Origin: Azolla caroliniana
Lineage: Eukaryota; Plantae; Polypodiophyta
Length of the DNA stretch: 64,000 bases
Assembly: GCA_043228905.1 (NCBI GenBank)
Contig: JBHGNT010000021.1
Span: 7,688,001 to 7,752,000, forward strand
Direction of reading: 5' to 3'
Shown here in pieces: positions 12,401-24,510 of the stretch. Within the stretch, counting starts at the first letter, position 1; every line of letters starts with the position of its first letter. Position numbers and translations under genes: made by a program. The notes beneath the pieces were generated by a model that saw only the letters and a list, made by a program, of their open reading frames with translations, did not search any database and was not told where the DNA came from.

Positions 12401-15400
12401 CCATGCTAATGCATGAAGGCAGTGAACTGTTTTATGTGTTTACATGACCTCATCCTTGAATAGGGAGAATTTTACACTTTATGTTTTGTTCTATTCTCCA
12501 CTATTTTACATTTTATGATAAAAAAATTGAATTGGTATTGTGAAGATGTATGCATTGTCCTATATAGGGCTGCTTTTCTACTTTGGCATTTGATTAAGTC
12601 TTTCTCCAAATGTACAGCACTTTTGGAGATATCTACGATGAAGAACACTTCATTACATCTCTTGCAGAGCATGTTAGAGTAGTCAGGAAGTTGCCTGATT
12701 ACATTCTTGAAAGCATCGGGCACAATATTAGCCTTATATACAACTTCAAGGTTAAGGCATGGGCACCTGAGAGCTTCTACTCGGAAACTGTTCTGCCAAA
12801 GCTGCTTGAGACTGGGTAAACTCATTAAAGTTGCTATTATTGCTTCTCTTCTGCTAATTGGTACATCTCCACTAGTATGCGAGTTGAACATTAATCCTGT
12901 GTTTTGAAGTTTGTTTCCGCTCTTTTATGTGCAGGGTGATTCGCATTTCACCATTTGCCAATCGTTTATCATTTGATAAGATTCATCCCAAAATTCAGCA
13001 ATTGAGATGCCTTGCAAATTATGAGGCATTAAGATTTTCACAGTCAATTTCGACCATTGCAGAGAAGTTAGTGGCACGGATGAAGGATCATAGTGCTATG
13101 AATGATGGGAAATTTGTTGCCGTTCATCTCCGATTTGAAGAGGTATTCTTCTGTTAGAGAGCCTTTTTGTTAGGTCTCTTTACTTTTTTCTTTATTTAAT
13201 AGCTTGTCAAACTATTCAGGATATGGTAGCATTTTCTTGTTGCGTCTACAATGGAGGAGAAGAAGAAAAGCGTGAACTAGATGCTGCTAGGGAGAGAGGA
13301 TGGCGGGGAAAATTTAATAGAACTGGTCGAGTCATTAATCCTGGTGCTATTCGGATGGATGGGAAGTGCCCATTGACACCATTGGAGGTATATGGCAAAT
13401 CGCCTTTTGATTCGTGCATATTTTCAAATAAGATGAAAGAAACTTATAGAAATGTCTTATAAACTCTTGCTGGTGTTATCAGTTTCAAAACCTCCATTAT
13501 TCCTATATGTTTTAAACTTATTGAGCACATTGGAGTTTAAAGCCATGAAAGAAATTACTATGTGGTGTCAGAAAATTACTCAGCTTCACAATTACACCCA
13601 TTAACTCAAATTAATCATTAGTACTTTGAAGTAAAATCTGATGTTTAATCTGAGAAAAATCTGCCTTTGAATCGAATGCACGACCATTGATTGATCTGAG
13701 GAAATTGCCAATAAATGGAAAATAATATTTTACTGATCAAGTCAAAGGTACAATTTTTTTGCTGTGCTTTATCAATCGTGGTAAGTCAAATCACTATTCA
13801 TTCAAGCTGAAGTAGCAGGGTGGCACTACCAGAAATTTGGTTTGATTAGTTTAAGTCAAACTTGATTCTATAACTTTGCCAACCAGTGCTTTACTAGTGA
13901 ATGGAGTCTTGTAATGCCAACCATGCATCGCATATTATACTTTCAAATAATCTAGTTTGCACTCGACCCAATTCAATCAAATTGAAACTCTTTATAGCCT
14001 GGATATGCGTGTAAGGAGTTTCGATTTTGACACCATGGTCTGTCTTATTTTGGATGCAAGTCCCTGCATTTTTGTGTTCAGAAGGCAGGTATGCCAATTA
14101 AAGTGCAAAAAGAGAAGGGTATTCCTGTGAGATACTTATTGTGTGTTCTTCCCATTGGGTCGAATCTTGAATAGAGAAATAGGTTTCCCATGTTGTGCAT
14201 GATATGGTGGAGAATCATAAACAACCGTACAACACTCACAGTCAATGCATATTGGACTTATTGATCCTCCACTTGTGTAGGTCGGTATGATGTTAAGGGG
14301 AGTAGGATTCCAAAACAACACTCCCATCTTTTTAGCAGCAGGGAGGATATACCGAGCTTCAGAAAATATGGCCCCTCTTCGCGAGATGTTTCCCTTTCTT
14401 CAGACAAAGGAGACTCTGCTTTCGGCTGAGGAACTAGAACCGTTCAAGGTAAAGAAAGTGTATCATTGAAATTTCTCTACATCGGTGCTGGTTTGTTATA
14501 TGCCCACAATCTATATGCAATCGATTCTTTCCCCTGGAGATTGCTGTGACTTGATTCCTCTACCTCATGATTGATGTGACTCCATTCTTTCATGTCATTA
14601 TTGATAATGTCTTCATTACTTCACCTTGTGACTCAGACTGATAATGTCATTCTTTCACATCATGGTTGATATGCTTTCATTCAATTGTTTCATGTTGTGG
14701 CATATACATTTTCATGCTCATGATTTGTTGGACTTCATTTCATGATTTATTGATATGATTTTGTTTTTTCATTTCCTAGAATTTCTCATCAAGGATGGCA
14801 GCATTAGATTATACGGCGTGCCTCCACAGTGAGGTATTTGTCACCACTCAAGGGGGTAATTTCCCCCAGTTTTTGATTGGTCATAGGCGGTACCTATATG
14901 GTGGCCATTCGAAGACCCTTAAGCCCGACAAACGGAAATTGGCGGTGCTGTTGGATAATCCTGCTCTCAGGTTGGTTATACTTTGAAACAAAAAAGAAGA
15001 AGCATGTGTTTACATTTATAAGAAGTTATCTATGGTGGGAGTTGGCATACTGATTTGTTCCATAGGAGGATTCTAAGCAAGTATCTAGGAGTTCAAATCT
15101 CCCCGTTCATTTAGAGAAAAAGCATGAAATGTTATGGTCTGATTACATAAGGTTATAATAAAGACGGGGAGAGTTGGTGGAGTAGTTCAGACATAGGCTT
15201 GTAAGTCACTAGATCTTGAGTCCCCCCCTCCAAAAATAAAACCAAAAAAAATTCCCCACCTGCATTATGGTTTTTGATTGAACGTCATGTAAAGTAGTTT
15301 ACTGAAGAGAAAAAAGAAGAAATATACTTAATGTTTGACAAGAGGGTATAGTAGTGAATGTTATATTTAAGAGAAAAAAAGAGATGTGGTTTATAGTTTG

Positions 15401-15623
15401 CTTTTGATGGGCATGTAGCTTGGAGAGTTTCACCAAACAGATGCAATCAATGTGGCGTAATAGTGATATCAAGGGGCACGAGCTCCGCAAGGCTAGTGCG
15501 TCGATATATACATGCCCTGCTCCAGATTGCATGTGTTCCAAATCATATGTACAATATGCTACCAATGTACTAGAGGAAGCCCACACCGGATTGACTAACA
15601 ACTCATCAAGTCAAATTTTGTAA
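9445..15623 (+). CDS. O-fucosyltransferase family protein (plant GT106/DUF246-type), 10 exons, ~639 aa
   Basis: Exons 9445-9993, 11247-11322, 11418-11485, 11576-11664, 12618-12815, 12935-13142, 13220-13387, 14281-14448, 14780-14970, 15419-15623; all GT-AG, total 1920 nt in frame. Motifs [71 protein letters not shown], plus an N-terminal TM segment. The start could instead be the ATG at 9508. Confidence 0.93.
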
Positions 15624-17297
15624 GAAATAGGGGTGTAATCTAAAAATGGGAGTGGTAAAATAGTTAAAATTATAGATATATGGGCAGCATTTGGTTTTGC
15701 AATATTTTAAAGCTTCTCTTGAGAACATTGATTTTTTTGACAATAGTCAATTACAATTATTCTTTACTTATTCGAGGATTCAAGTTCCCCTTGTTGGGGT
15801 TGTAATGCTTGGCTTCAAAGTTCCTAAAACCGAGTTCTCATTCCAAGAAAGCAAAGCAAAACTATGTATGCACACCCAAGCTGAGCCTCACAATTCATGC
15901 ACTATTCTACAATGGCAATGATGGATTCTGGACGGAGAAATTGTCTCTATGAGCATTTTGTACTCCAAGCTTCTTTGTGAATCACATGATGTAATGATGT
16001 CATGCATCATGTTGATCAACACAATCTTTAGAGTGACGTTATCCGGAATACTTAGAATCTCCGGCCTTGTACATAACCTTTTTTATATATTGCCAACAAC
16101 ATGATGTTTTGAGAGGACTTACATGTATTTGCATATGAATTGAAATCATGTTTTTTCATGCCCAAGTGCAAGAGTTATCTATAAAATTCCTGTCTTTATC
16201 ATTCTGTCCATTTGAAATATGTTTTATGTCCAAACAATCGTGGAATATGAACATCATTGTCTTTGTAAAGAATTCAAAATTTTTTGCCAGCTGGTAAATA
16301 TGCATTTTAAACAAATATACATACAGGGAAGTTGCAAGCACACCAAATGCATGTACAAACTGAATATGCTGTAATGAGATTAGATTTGGGCACTAACAAG
16401 TTCTTAGTTCTATTGAAATTTGGATATGCCTAATCAGATGCATTCAATATGTGTACATTTTGAAAAGAATGGTCGATTGCTTATTTAAAATGTGGGCATA
16501 AAGTGCTGTACTTTGTATTAGGTTATGCTTTGTTTTCCAGAGGTTTGCAAGTGAGAAGAATGTTTGACATTTGTTCGTACAAATGAGAAGATGAGAAACC
16601 CATCTATTATTTCGTTAATTAATGCTAGCAAATATTTCATTGACACTTTTTGTCGTTCCTTCGTCAATATTTATTTGACGTTGTAAGTGTTGTTTTTTGT
16701 TAAATGGACATCATTTGAGATGGGCAATGCTAAGCCAATATTATAGGGTATCATTCACATATCTTATGTATCAAGTCAAGCAATTCGGCGTATGTAGCGA
16801 GAAAATCAATATTATATGAAAGGGAAAGTTCGAATCCACTAGCGTTTGGCTTTGATGTCACTTCAATTCTCCTTTCTGATTGGGGGTGAGGTGAAGCTTT
16901 TGTGCAAAAAAAACTAAGAGATATGGGAAACTTTAGAAAGAAGGCTCGATAGGGTAGTAGAGGTAGTAGATCGAGAGTTTGAACTCAACTGTTTAGCTAC
17001 TGAAGAACATTTGAAAATAAGTAGGGATGTTTGTTTACGGGGCTTCCTTGCCCCGCCCACCCCCCTGAACATGAAGCGAAAAAACCCGAGATGATGAGTA
17101 GGGTAGACATGGGAGGATAGTTTTTGGGTCTTACGAATGTCCGCGTAATGCCGTTACGCAGAATTGTCCCGATAATCTAGAAGCCCACATGTCCTAGGGC
17201 ATTAGGCATGCATGGATCGGACAACCATGGTTTGGGCGGACACATAGTGTGAAACCAGAATGCCCTAGGGCTTTCTCTTCCATCACCATCATCTGTT

Positions 17298-17305
17298 TAT
17301 ATATA
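17298..17305 (+). promoter_or_regulatory. Putative TATA box for the snoRNA cluster
   Basis: TATATATA about 90 bp upstream of the first snoRNA, followed by a pyrimidine-rich stretch. Confidence 0.4.
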
Positions 17306-17389
17306 TCTTCAGCACACTCTCTCTTACTTCTCATCTGCAGACAGTCAGATATGGCGTTCATGACATTGGCATTCATTGTATGTGTCTTT

Positions 17390-17496
17390 GCCTCCATGAT
17401 GGTTTCAATATGAATATATTATAAAGTAGTGGTCTGATCTCTGTCTATCTCTGATATGCGGACAAGCCTTCATTGGTATCTTTCACTCTGAGGGGC
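17390..17496 (+). ncRNA. Box C/D snoRNA with candidate 25S rRNA guide
   Basis: C box ATGATGG 17396-17402, D' CTGA 17434-17437, D CTGA 17488-17491, terminal stem GCCTC/GGGGC. D' guide AAAGTAGTGGT is complementary to conserved 25S ACCACTACTTT. Confidence 0.7.
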
Positions 17497-17608
17497 TTTC
17501 ATTTATCTTTCTTCATGTATTCCCATCATCATCATCATCATCATCTTCCTCCCCTATGATCGGTCGATTGATTTTTATCGTCTTTTGTTGGGATCTCTCT
17601 TCTCCTGC

Positions 17609-17699
17609 CCCCTGTGATGCTAAAAAAACGCACATATATAAGTTTCAGCCTTGTCTGAGGAAGTCCATGAAACAAGAAGACTGTTTTGTCTCTGAGGGG
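17609..17699 (+). ncRNA. Box C/D snoRNA, 18S guide (site equivalent to yeast Gm1126, snR41-type)
   Basis: C box GTGATGC 17614-17620, D' CTGA 17655-17658, D CTGA 17692-17695, terminal stem CCCC/GGGG. D' guide TAAGTTTCAGCCTTG is a perfect 15-nt complement of conserved 18S CAAGGCTGAAACTTA. Confidence 0.85.
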
Positions 17700-17887
17700 T
17701 CAATTCTCCTGTTTGTTTCTTGTGGATGATGCGGTTTAATTAGGGGTATTGTCCATGCCTATGCGTTTTTGCTTAATGTGTGTAATGAGTTTACTGATAA
17801 ATTCTTCCGAAGATCACCCTGTCGCCGCGATTTTCTTAAGTGTTCTTTGTTCTTCCCTTTTTCTAATTTCCTTCATTTTTCATGGCT

Positions 17888-17975
17888 CTCCCAGTGATTG
17901 GAAATTAATCGTTAATTTGCTTCAAACTTCTCTGATACTCTTTTACATGAAAGAGAACTACCATATATGAGGGAG
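17888..17975 (+). ncRNA. Box C/D snoRNA, 18S guide
   Basis: C-like box GTGATTG 17894-17900, D' CTGA 17932-17935, D-like ATGA 17967-17970, terminal stem CTCCC/GGGAG. Guide TTGCTTCAAACTTC pairs with 18S GAAGTTTGAGGCAA (one G:U). Confidence 0.72.
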
Positions 17976-18152
17976 AATTTTCATTTCCTTGTAGTCTCCA
18001 CAAGTCCGATATTCATTTTGCATAGCTCTTGATGCATGTTTTTTTGTTTTGTATTATCGTCGCGCCGTAATGAGTGTTCTTTGTCGAGGGAAATACAAAG
18101 TATACGACAGTATTTTGGAGGATCTCCGATATGAGTGCTAGAGGGTGCTCCA

Positions 18153-18234
18153 CTTCCTTATGATGTTAACAATAATCCCAGCTCTCTGACATATCAAATG
18201 GTAGAGAATAATGTTCTAATGTTTCTGAAGGAAG
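18153..18234 (+). ncRNA. Box C/D snoRNA, snR69/snoR69Y-like (25S Cm2948-equivalent)
   Basis: C box ATGATGT 18160-18166, D' CTGA 18186-18189, D CTGA 18225-18228, terminal stem CTTCCT/AGGAAG. Guide CCCAGCTC is complementary to 25S GAGCTGGG, and the D+5 rule points to the C of GAGC. Confidence 0.72.
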
Positions 18235-18897
18235 TTGAAAACTAACCACATGGAATTGATTTGATTATGATTCAGTTGGAGGTTAACAAAATCTAGTATT
18301 GAGCAAATGCATGTATTCTTCGTCTAGGATTGGAGGACTTTGTGGACTGCATTCACTAGGATACTTTGGAAAATTCCCATTATCGTATACTGGTTGTATT
18401 TACCCGACGATATGTGCGACTCTTGCAGAAAACTATAATGCCACGTATCTGAAGAGACACAGGCAAATGTAATGCTCACAGGAAGCTGTCATTCAACCGA
18501 TTACAATTTATTGATGCTAATTCCATACCTACAGAAAAGCTTATCCCAAACTAGTAGAAAATCTCATTATGCGTTACTGGAAGCCTCAAATCAAGCATCG
18601 GAACATGCATATCCTAAATTGCTGGCTTTGAGTAGTACCTGTGTTAGCACTTTTAGATCTAGAACCAGTTTCGTGCCATTTGCAGATCTAGTTGGATATC
18701 CACTGTACAAGGGCTACCATAATACATCGGTAGAACGTCGCGGCTTCCCAAAGATGATCAAATTTGTTAATATATTCTTCAAAGTTCTCTGAAGATTAAT
18801 GAGAGATACAACTTTCTTCTGAGGGAAGGTTTTGTAAAGATTTGACGCTCGAATTTCATATCTATCTGAAATGTACTTGAAATGTGACGTTTTTGAT

Positions 18898-19213
18898 ATG
18901 CATCCTATCAACGACATAATGTGTCAATTCATAGTTACTCTGATACTCTATGGTAGTTAGGGAAGGCTTGGAATATGAAAGTAGCTTGTAGTTTGGTCAT
19001 ACACAATAGTGCACTATAATTGTGCATCACATATAAGAGGTGTTTCATGCATGGGATGCATCCCGTCAATGACATAGTGAGTTAATTCATAGTTACTGCA
19101 ATACTGTATGGTAGTTAGGGCAGGCTTGGAATTTGAAAGTATGTTGTAGTTTGGTCATGCACATTTGTACACTATAGTTGTGGTATACATATACGAAGTA
19201 TTTCATGCATGGT
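18898..19213. repeat. Diverged 158-bp tandem duplication
   Basis: ATGCATCC...AATTCATAGTTACT...ATGGTAGTTAGGG.AGGCTTGGAAT...TTTCATGCATGG starts at 18898 and again at 19056. Confidence 0.85.
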
Positions 19214-20044
19214 ATGAATTGTCTGAGTCGATGCTTCGTTCTAACCAGTACACACTGATGCATTCTAAATCTTCAATACTTGTATCCATCCTGTTTATTG
19301 GAACTAAAAGTAGTTCTGTAGTATGATCGATTGCAATTCAGTTGGCCGAGTGGATTGTAACATTGATCGAGTCAATGTGTAAACCCTGAATTCTATATAT
19401 ATGGAGTTTGATCATGAAAACTAGGACTAAAAAGTGCTTGGCATTTCTAGCATGTAACTCGCAAATAGAATTAGAAAATCCAATGATACACAATAGATCT
19501 ATGATCCAGGTAGAGTTCTAGGGTTTATGCATTCTAGAAGTAATGCCAAAATAACAAGTACATAATTGCATTGAGCACTGAATATCAACCTTCACTATAC
19601 TATGAATGTCTTGAAATAGGAACCGTAGAATGGATGGTATAAAATGGCGATACATTAGATCCTCCAGGGTTTGTGAAACTGTGTTCGTAAGGGCATATAA
19701 TTAGTGAAATGTTATACACCCGTCTATAGTCAGCCCTCTAACTAATCGTAGAAAAGCCTTAACTAAAAGTCATCTGAGCAAGTGAATGGACGTGGGGTAC
19801 TGGTGGAAGAAGGTAATAAAGATCTAAAGGCCATTTGTTGGGTTAAGAAAAGCATAATTGATTGCACATTGGAAAACCAACAAATGTGGCTACCAAACGT
19901 AGGTGAATCCACCATAAACTAAAAAGAAGGTTGAAAATAGTAACCCCAATTCACTTTTGTGTTGGATTGAATACGTTGTCTCCGATTTGTTCTCAATCTG
20001 GGTCGAGTTGGTTGTCTCTAACTCTTCTTCGTTTTCGAAACCTT

Positions 20045-23000
20045 TCATGACATCGGCCCATAATTGTGTCTGCCTATGTCTATGTCTTGATATTTTTGGC
20101 TTTGCCTCTTGCTTTTTCGGTTGCCTCTAGGTTGGGCTCTTCGTCGTGGTGGCTCCTTGTGTTGGGTCTTGGCTTTTGTGGCCGTTTTGTGTAGTTCGAC
20201 TTCTTTAATCACTTTGGACTTGAAATCGGTATTCGACTTGGCCTCTCTGTCATCTTTCTCATTCCTCTTGTAAATCCTCCCCCTCAAGTTTGCCAAATCG
20301 AGGTATTGCACACTCATTGCACCGGAAAATTGTTGCAACTTGTCTAAGCCTAGAATTTTGGTGAAGATATTGCCTACTTGTCGATTTGTCGGAACATGCA
20401 ATTGTTCCATTTCACCGGAGAGAATGTGCTCTTGGACAAAATGGTAGTGCACCTTGATGTACTTTGTTTGAGCATGAGAAACGAGGTTCTTCGCAAATTG
20501 GAAGATGTTGAGGTTGTTGCAATAGATTGTCGTCAGATTAGACACCTCCACTTGCAGATCCTTGAGTAGGCTTTTGAGCCATATGGCAATGCATGTTGCG
20601 TTAACCATTCCTCGTTACTTGGTTATCGTGCTGGACAATGCTATTGTCGGTTGGTTTTTAGTGTGCTAAGTGATCGCAACGCTTCTAAGAGAAAATGCAT
20701 ATTTGGATGTAGACTTACGATCGTCAACATTTCTTACCCAATTAGCATTTGTGTAGCCGATAAGTTGATTAGCTATACTGGCTTCATATAACAACTCCAT
20801 GTCCTTAGTGCTGCTAACATATTTGAGGACCCGGTGTGCGCATTGCAGTTGCTCCACGGTCGGATGCACTATATATTGACTGATCAATTTGATCGGATAA
20901 TTGAGGTCCGATTGGGTGATGGTCAGATAGATAAGGCTTCCGACTATTTGTCGGAACGTTTTCGGGTTGCATACTGTTTCGGAGTCGGGGCGAAGCTTCA
21001 CATTTTGATCCAGAAGAGTCGAGATGGAATACTGAATTTGAAGTCTAGCATACTCCACACATAATGACGCTGATTAATGTGTATGCCTTTAGGGGTATAT
21101 GGATTACTTCGATCCCAAGGAAGTAATGAAGGTCTTCTAGATCCTTTATCTTGAATGATGTCGTAAGCTAGAATTTGACGCAATTGATTTTGTCCAGTTT
21201 GGCAACGACGATGAGAAGATCATCCACATAGAGCAATATGCTCATCGGTTCGTTCTGACCTTGTCGGATGAAAAGTGAAGAGTCTGATTTCGATGAAGCA
21301 AACCCCATCCGACGCAGTCTCTGCTTGATCTTCGTGTTCCAAGCGCGCGGGGCTTGCTTGAGTTCATAGAGGGACTTCTTCAATTGAAACACAATCGATG
21401 TGTTACTTTGGACTGAAATCCGAGGGGTTGAACCATATATATACCTACTCTTCAAGATCACCTTGCAGGAACACATTCTTTACATCCATTTGATGCAATT
21501 GTCACCCCTTTGTTGCTGCCACTGTAAGCAGGACACAGACGGTCATTATCTTCGCGATCGACATGAATGTCTCATCATAATCGATGTCATGTTGCTGCGC
21601 ATAGCCCTTGACCACTAACTGGGCTTTGTACCTATTAACTGAGCCGTCAACGTTGTATTGAACTTTGTATACCCATGGGCAACCGATCAGCTTCACCCCT
21701 TTCGGTACATCAACTAAATCCCACGTCTCGTTTTCCTCCATGTACTCATAATGATGCGCCGCCATGTACTCATTGTATCTGTACCTTTTGACGGGGTTCT
21801 TTCGGCGGGTGGATTTGCACAACTTCTCGTTTGTCGTCTAAGGGCCTTCTTGATCGGCTCAAACTTCGTTCCCGAAGGTCCGTCTTCGTTCTTTCTAGAG
21901 TCGGATTCACTCCGAGCTGACTCGTCTCTACCGGTGTCGTATTCCGACATCTTCTTCTTCCCCTTCTCTTTACGCGTGAATCGTCTCTTCGGTTCCTTAC
22001 ATGGGGACAACACAACTGAGGCTCCACTTCTCATCAACTCTTCATTTGACTGGTCGTTTCGACTCAGTTGCTTGGTTGGCCCGCTCAGCCGAAATGAAAT
22101 CAGACTCTTATCTAGACTACCAAAGTCTTCTTCTTCATCTTCTCCTCGGATTATTTGCGGTTCACTAGCCTCATCTTCCGTAATCTGGTTGAAGTCGGGG
22201 GTCGTAATCGGTTGAATCATCAAATTTGACATCTCGGCTTACTCGTACTTGCTTATTTTGGGGGTTATAGCACTTATAACCCTATTGCTCATATGAGTTG
22301 GCGACAAGGATACACTTCTCCGACTTACGATCCAACTTCCTCTTCTCATCTGGCACATGCACATAGGCAATGCTACCGAATATCCTAAGGTGCCTTAAAT
22401 TTGGCTTTCGTCCAAAAAATAGCTCGTGTGCCGACAACTTATCCCCGACCGTCCGGACCGCTTTAGCCCAGTAGAAGATGGGCATGCTCTTCTCCTCTAG
22501 CATTGCCCGTGTCTCCTCCACAATCGATTGTTTCTTCCTTTCGGCCACACCATTCTGTTTCGGTGTGTATCTGCAACTAAATTCTCTTCGAATTCCCTTT
22601 TGTTGCAGGTAACTGTTGAATTGGTCGGAAAAGTATTCTTTTCCGCCATTCTACCTCATGCACTTGATCTTCCTCTCTGTTTCTAGTTCGACAAGACTTT
22701 GCAGGTTCCAGAACTGAAAGTGATATTCTTCATCGAATTAGCCTTGTGTTTCATCACAAAGGCCGTGCTTGTTCCATTTCCGAAATCGGAATTTTCCGAT
22801 TCCTCGGCATAATGCGAGCTTTGCGACTTCCTTGACCAGTCTTGCCAGATCCGGATTTGTCCGAATCGACGCGCTTCTCCCAACACTCGCTCTCTCTATG
22901 GCCCTTCCGGCCACAGTACCAATAATCTGTCACGGTCTTCTCTCGTCGGCTCTCGGCACTACCTTGACTCCTGTACTTGTGGAGGGTCTGGAACTGTTGT

Positions 23001-24260
23001 CGCACCATCCTTGTGCCTTCAGTTCTGTTCTTCTCAGCCACTTCCACTACGTGCTGATCCGCCTCGTCCACCACGACCTCGAGGCCTCTCCACCTTTGTG
23101 TACAAGATCTTGTTGTCGGTGTGCGTGCTTGTCGATGCACCCGCGGTTCTCCTCTACTAGAAGCATCATACTCCTCTACTAGAAGCATCGACAATAAGTC
23201 GAAAAACGAGGGCATATTCTCCTTTGTATAGACCGCCGTCCGGAATGCTCCGAACTTTGACGCCAAGACTCCGAGACAGAACTACACCATTTCATCTTCC
23301 TCAATGGTCATGTTAATAGAGGCAAGTGGGTCGCAGATGTCTTTGATTCGGGCCGTGTAGTCGGTCACCGACATGTCCCTCTGTTGGACATTGCTCAACT
23401 TCTATCGGAGTTAGAGCTTCCGGCGAAAACCTTTTAGGTTTTCCCAAGCTTCCTTTGGCATCTTGGCGTCTTGGATTTGGTTGAGCAGTTGATCACCGAC
23501 ACTGGAAGTGAAGCAATACATTACCCTTCTTGCCGCTTGTTCCCAAGTTGGGAAGTCCATGTGTGCTACATCAGGTGCCGTATCGTTAGCTCTGTCAACA
23601 TAACTCTAGTAACCATGCCCGAGTAGGTACTGGTGCATCTTGTACGACCAAGATGAGTAGTTGGATCTGTCGACTTCTCCGTTGGTATCGAGCCAACCAT
23701 TCCTTTGTCCATTCTAACCTTTGTTTTTTGTTCTCTATTGGGTGTTAGGGGTTGTCTTCGGAAATCGCTCGTCGGCTGCAGAGGTTCTCAACCCTCGCGC
23801 TCGGATACCATGTAAAAGAATACGATTGCGGAAGCTAAGACAAACCGGCTCGTTCGGATATCAAAAGAATATAGACACAGACACAGGTTTAATGGAAACC
23901 TTACACGGGATAGATAGAGTTAGAGCAGAACACAGAAACATGTATATTCCAAAAACACTAAAACTCTTTGTACATACAATGTGCTCAATGAGCACTTTTA
24001 TAGAAGTCCATGAAAGGACTAACATAAGTACTGACAAGTACTTCAATGCTCATATGAGCGGCTGACATTGACTCCTAAAAAAATGCCTACGTACTAGGCT
24101 AGATTCGTATGCCTCTAATGGCCAACCGGTTATAATCCGATCTAGCTCTCTGGTCCGACTCTTAGTTATGGATACCATTCGCACACCGATCCGGTTCTTC
24201 ATTCCAGACTTCGATCTGGCTCTGGCTTGTTCATCTCCAAATATATAATACTTCAATTAA
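20045..24260 (-). mobile_element. Degenerate Ty1/copia retrotransposon (5' LTR, PBS, gag, partial INT, RT, RNase H)
   Basis: PBS TGGTATCCGAGC (23799-23810, minus) abuts the LTR end ...TTTTACA at 23811. Gag Zn knuckle YWYCGRKGHRESEC; INT AERK..VEETRAML and GSIAYVHVPDEKR.KLD; RT ENETWDLV, LKKSLYELKQAPRAW, LLYVDDLL; RNase H HAQTKYIKVHYHF. Frameshifts and stops; no 3' LTR found; outer LTR edge approximate. Confidence 0.9.
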
Positions 24261-24289
24261 CATATTATGAATAACAAGTTCTTGACTCA

Positions 24290-24510
24290 CTCTAAAAAGA
24301 GTTTCAAGATGTGTTCACTAAGGAACTACCAAAAAGGTTACTGCCTAAACATAATATTGATCATCATATCAATCTCATACCGGGTACTATACCCATTAGT
24401 ATCCCTCTGTATTGACTTAGTTGAACTGAAGAAGATAAGATTACATCACAACTTAAAGAGAACTTAATGGTGGGTCATATATGGTATAGTAAATTGCCTT
24501 CGGGTGCACC
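24290..24510 (+). pseudogene. Ty3/gypsy RT N-terminal remnant (target of the copia insertion)
   Basis: Translates to DVFTKELPKRLLPKHNIDHHINLIPGT...SKLPSGAP, the typical gypsy pre-RT motif, interrupted at GAP by the LTR starting at 24511. Confidence 0.65.

Noticed and set aside
17091-17190. Canonical C box ATGATGA at 17090 as another snoRNA
   Set aside because: No matching D box or terminal stem, and it lies upstream of the likely TATA box.
18035-18150. H/ACA snoRNA between C/D units 3 and 4
   Set aside because: A TTGTATT/AATACAA stem and an ANANNA-like motif exist, but I could not establish a second hairpin, an ACA box or a target by eye.
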